Below, one piece after another: positions 63,831 through 64,000 of a stretch of 64,000 nt of DNA (its first letter is position 1; the number at the start of each line of letters is the position of its first letter). The stretch comes from Candidatus Saccharimonadales bacterium (GTDB taxonomy: Bacteria; Patescibacteriota; Saccharimonadia; Saccharimonadales; SZUA-47), in assembly GCA_041737385.1 (NCBI GenBank), contig JBGSRU010000009.1, forward strand, positions 71,015-135,014, given 5' to 3'. Under the pieces are notes generated by a model. That model saw nothing but the letters and a program-made list of their open reading frames with translations. It was not told the origin of the DNA and searched no databases. Position numbers and translations under genes: made by a program.

Positions 63831-64000
63831 ATGGCACCGTACCATCATCACGTAAGTACTCACCACCGAACAAAGAGAGCAAAAAAAGTAAGAAAATTGA
63901 GTTTTTTTCTGGTTGTACTTACATTTTTGTTTGTTGGAGTGGTGAGTTTTGATTGGATAGCCACCAAACTCCGTTCGTCTACTAGCGTTGTGAGTGTTGA
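63831..64000 (+). CDS. 5' part of a membrane-anchored protein (continues beyond the window)
   Basis: ATG at 63831 after GAGAGGG, open to the window end. MAPYHHHVSTHHRTKRAKKVRKLSFFLVVLTFLFVGVVSF... has a basic N-terminus plus a TM. Confidence 0.3.
   Translation, partial: MAPYHHHVSTHHRTKRAKKVRKLSFFLVVLTFLFVGVVSFDWIATKLRSSTSVVSV

Overview
AT-rich, gene-dense bacterial chromosome segment. Standard code: TGA is used as a stop in many ATGA/TAATG gene overlaps. The gene content is consistent with a reduced-genome CPR/Patescibacteria organism, possibly Saccharibacteria-like; this is an inference only. It includes a compact lower-glycolysis block, trehalase, small regulators and many membrane-anchored proteins of unknown function. 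Core blocks: a fused 2-hydroxyacid dehydrogenase/dPGM with eno-pyk-pgk-tpiA (15.0-21.7 kb); pcrA, a G5/SLT wall protein, rsmA, MarR and trehalase (22.9-29.0 kb); small housekeeping genes and an ABC-2 exporter (29-33 kb); a cfa/DUF1365/FAD-oxidoreductase lipid-modification cluster and a CsoR-controlled copper P-type ATPase (38.5-44.3 kb); metG, tatD and a cysteine desulfurase (52-56 kb); and a divergent F1-type ATPase operon b-delta-alpha-gamma-beta-epsilon with no recognisable a or c subunit nearby (57.2-62.7 kb). RNA genes: tRNA-Glu(UUC), tmRNA, tRNA-Phe(GAA), tRNA-Gly(GCC) and tRNA-Leu(UAA). Every one is flanked by integration signatures or repeat scars. Accessory DNA: (i) the left ~13 kb looks like an integrated element ending in a large serine recombinase whose ORF runs antisense into tRNA-Glu. 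It carries a PLD-type nuclease, a VirD4/TraG-like ATPase, a replication-relaxation protein and a four-ORF cassette (5900-8535). That cassette best matches the computationally defined but experimentally uncharacterised ABC-three-component (ABC-3C) conflict systems and is my top candidate for a novel system. (ii) A ~3.2 kb mini-island (34126-37340) with a second large serine recombinase sits in the 3' end of the tmRNA gene. No rRNA or CRISPR array was seen.
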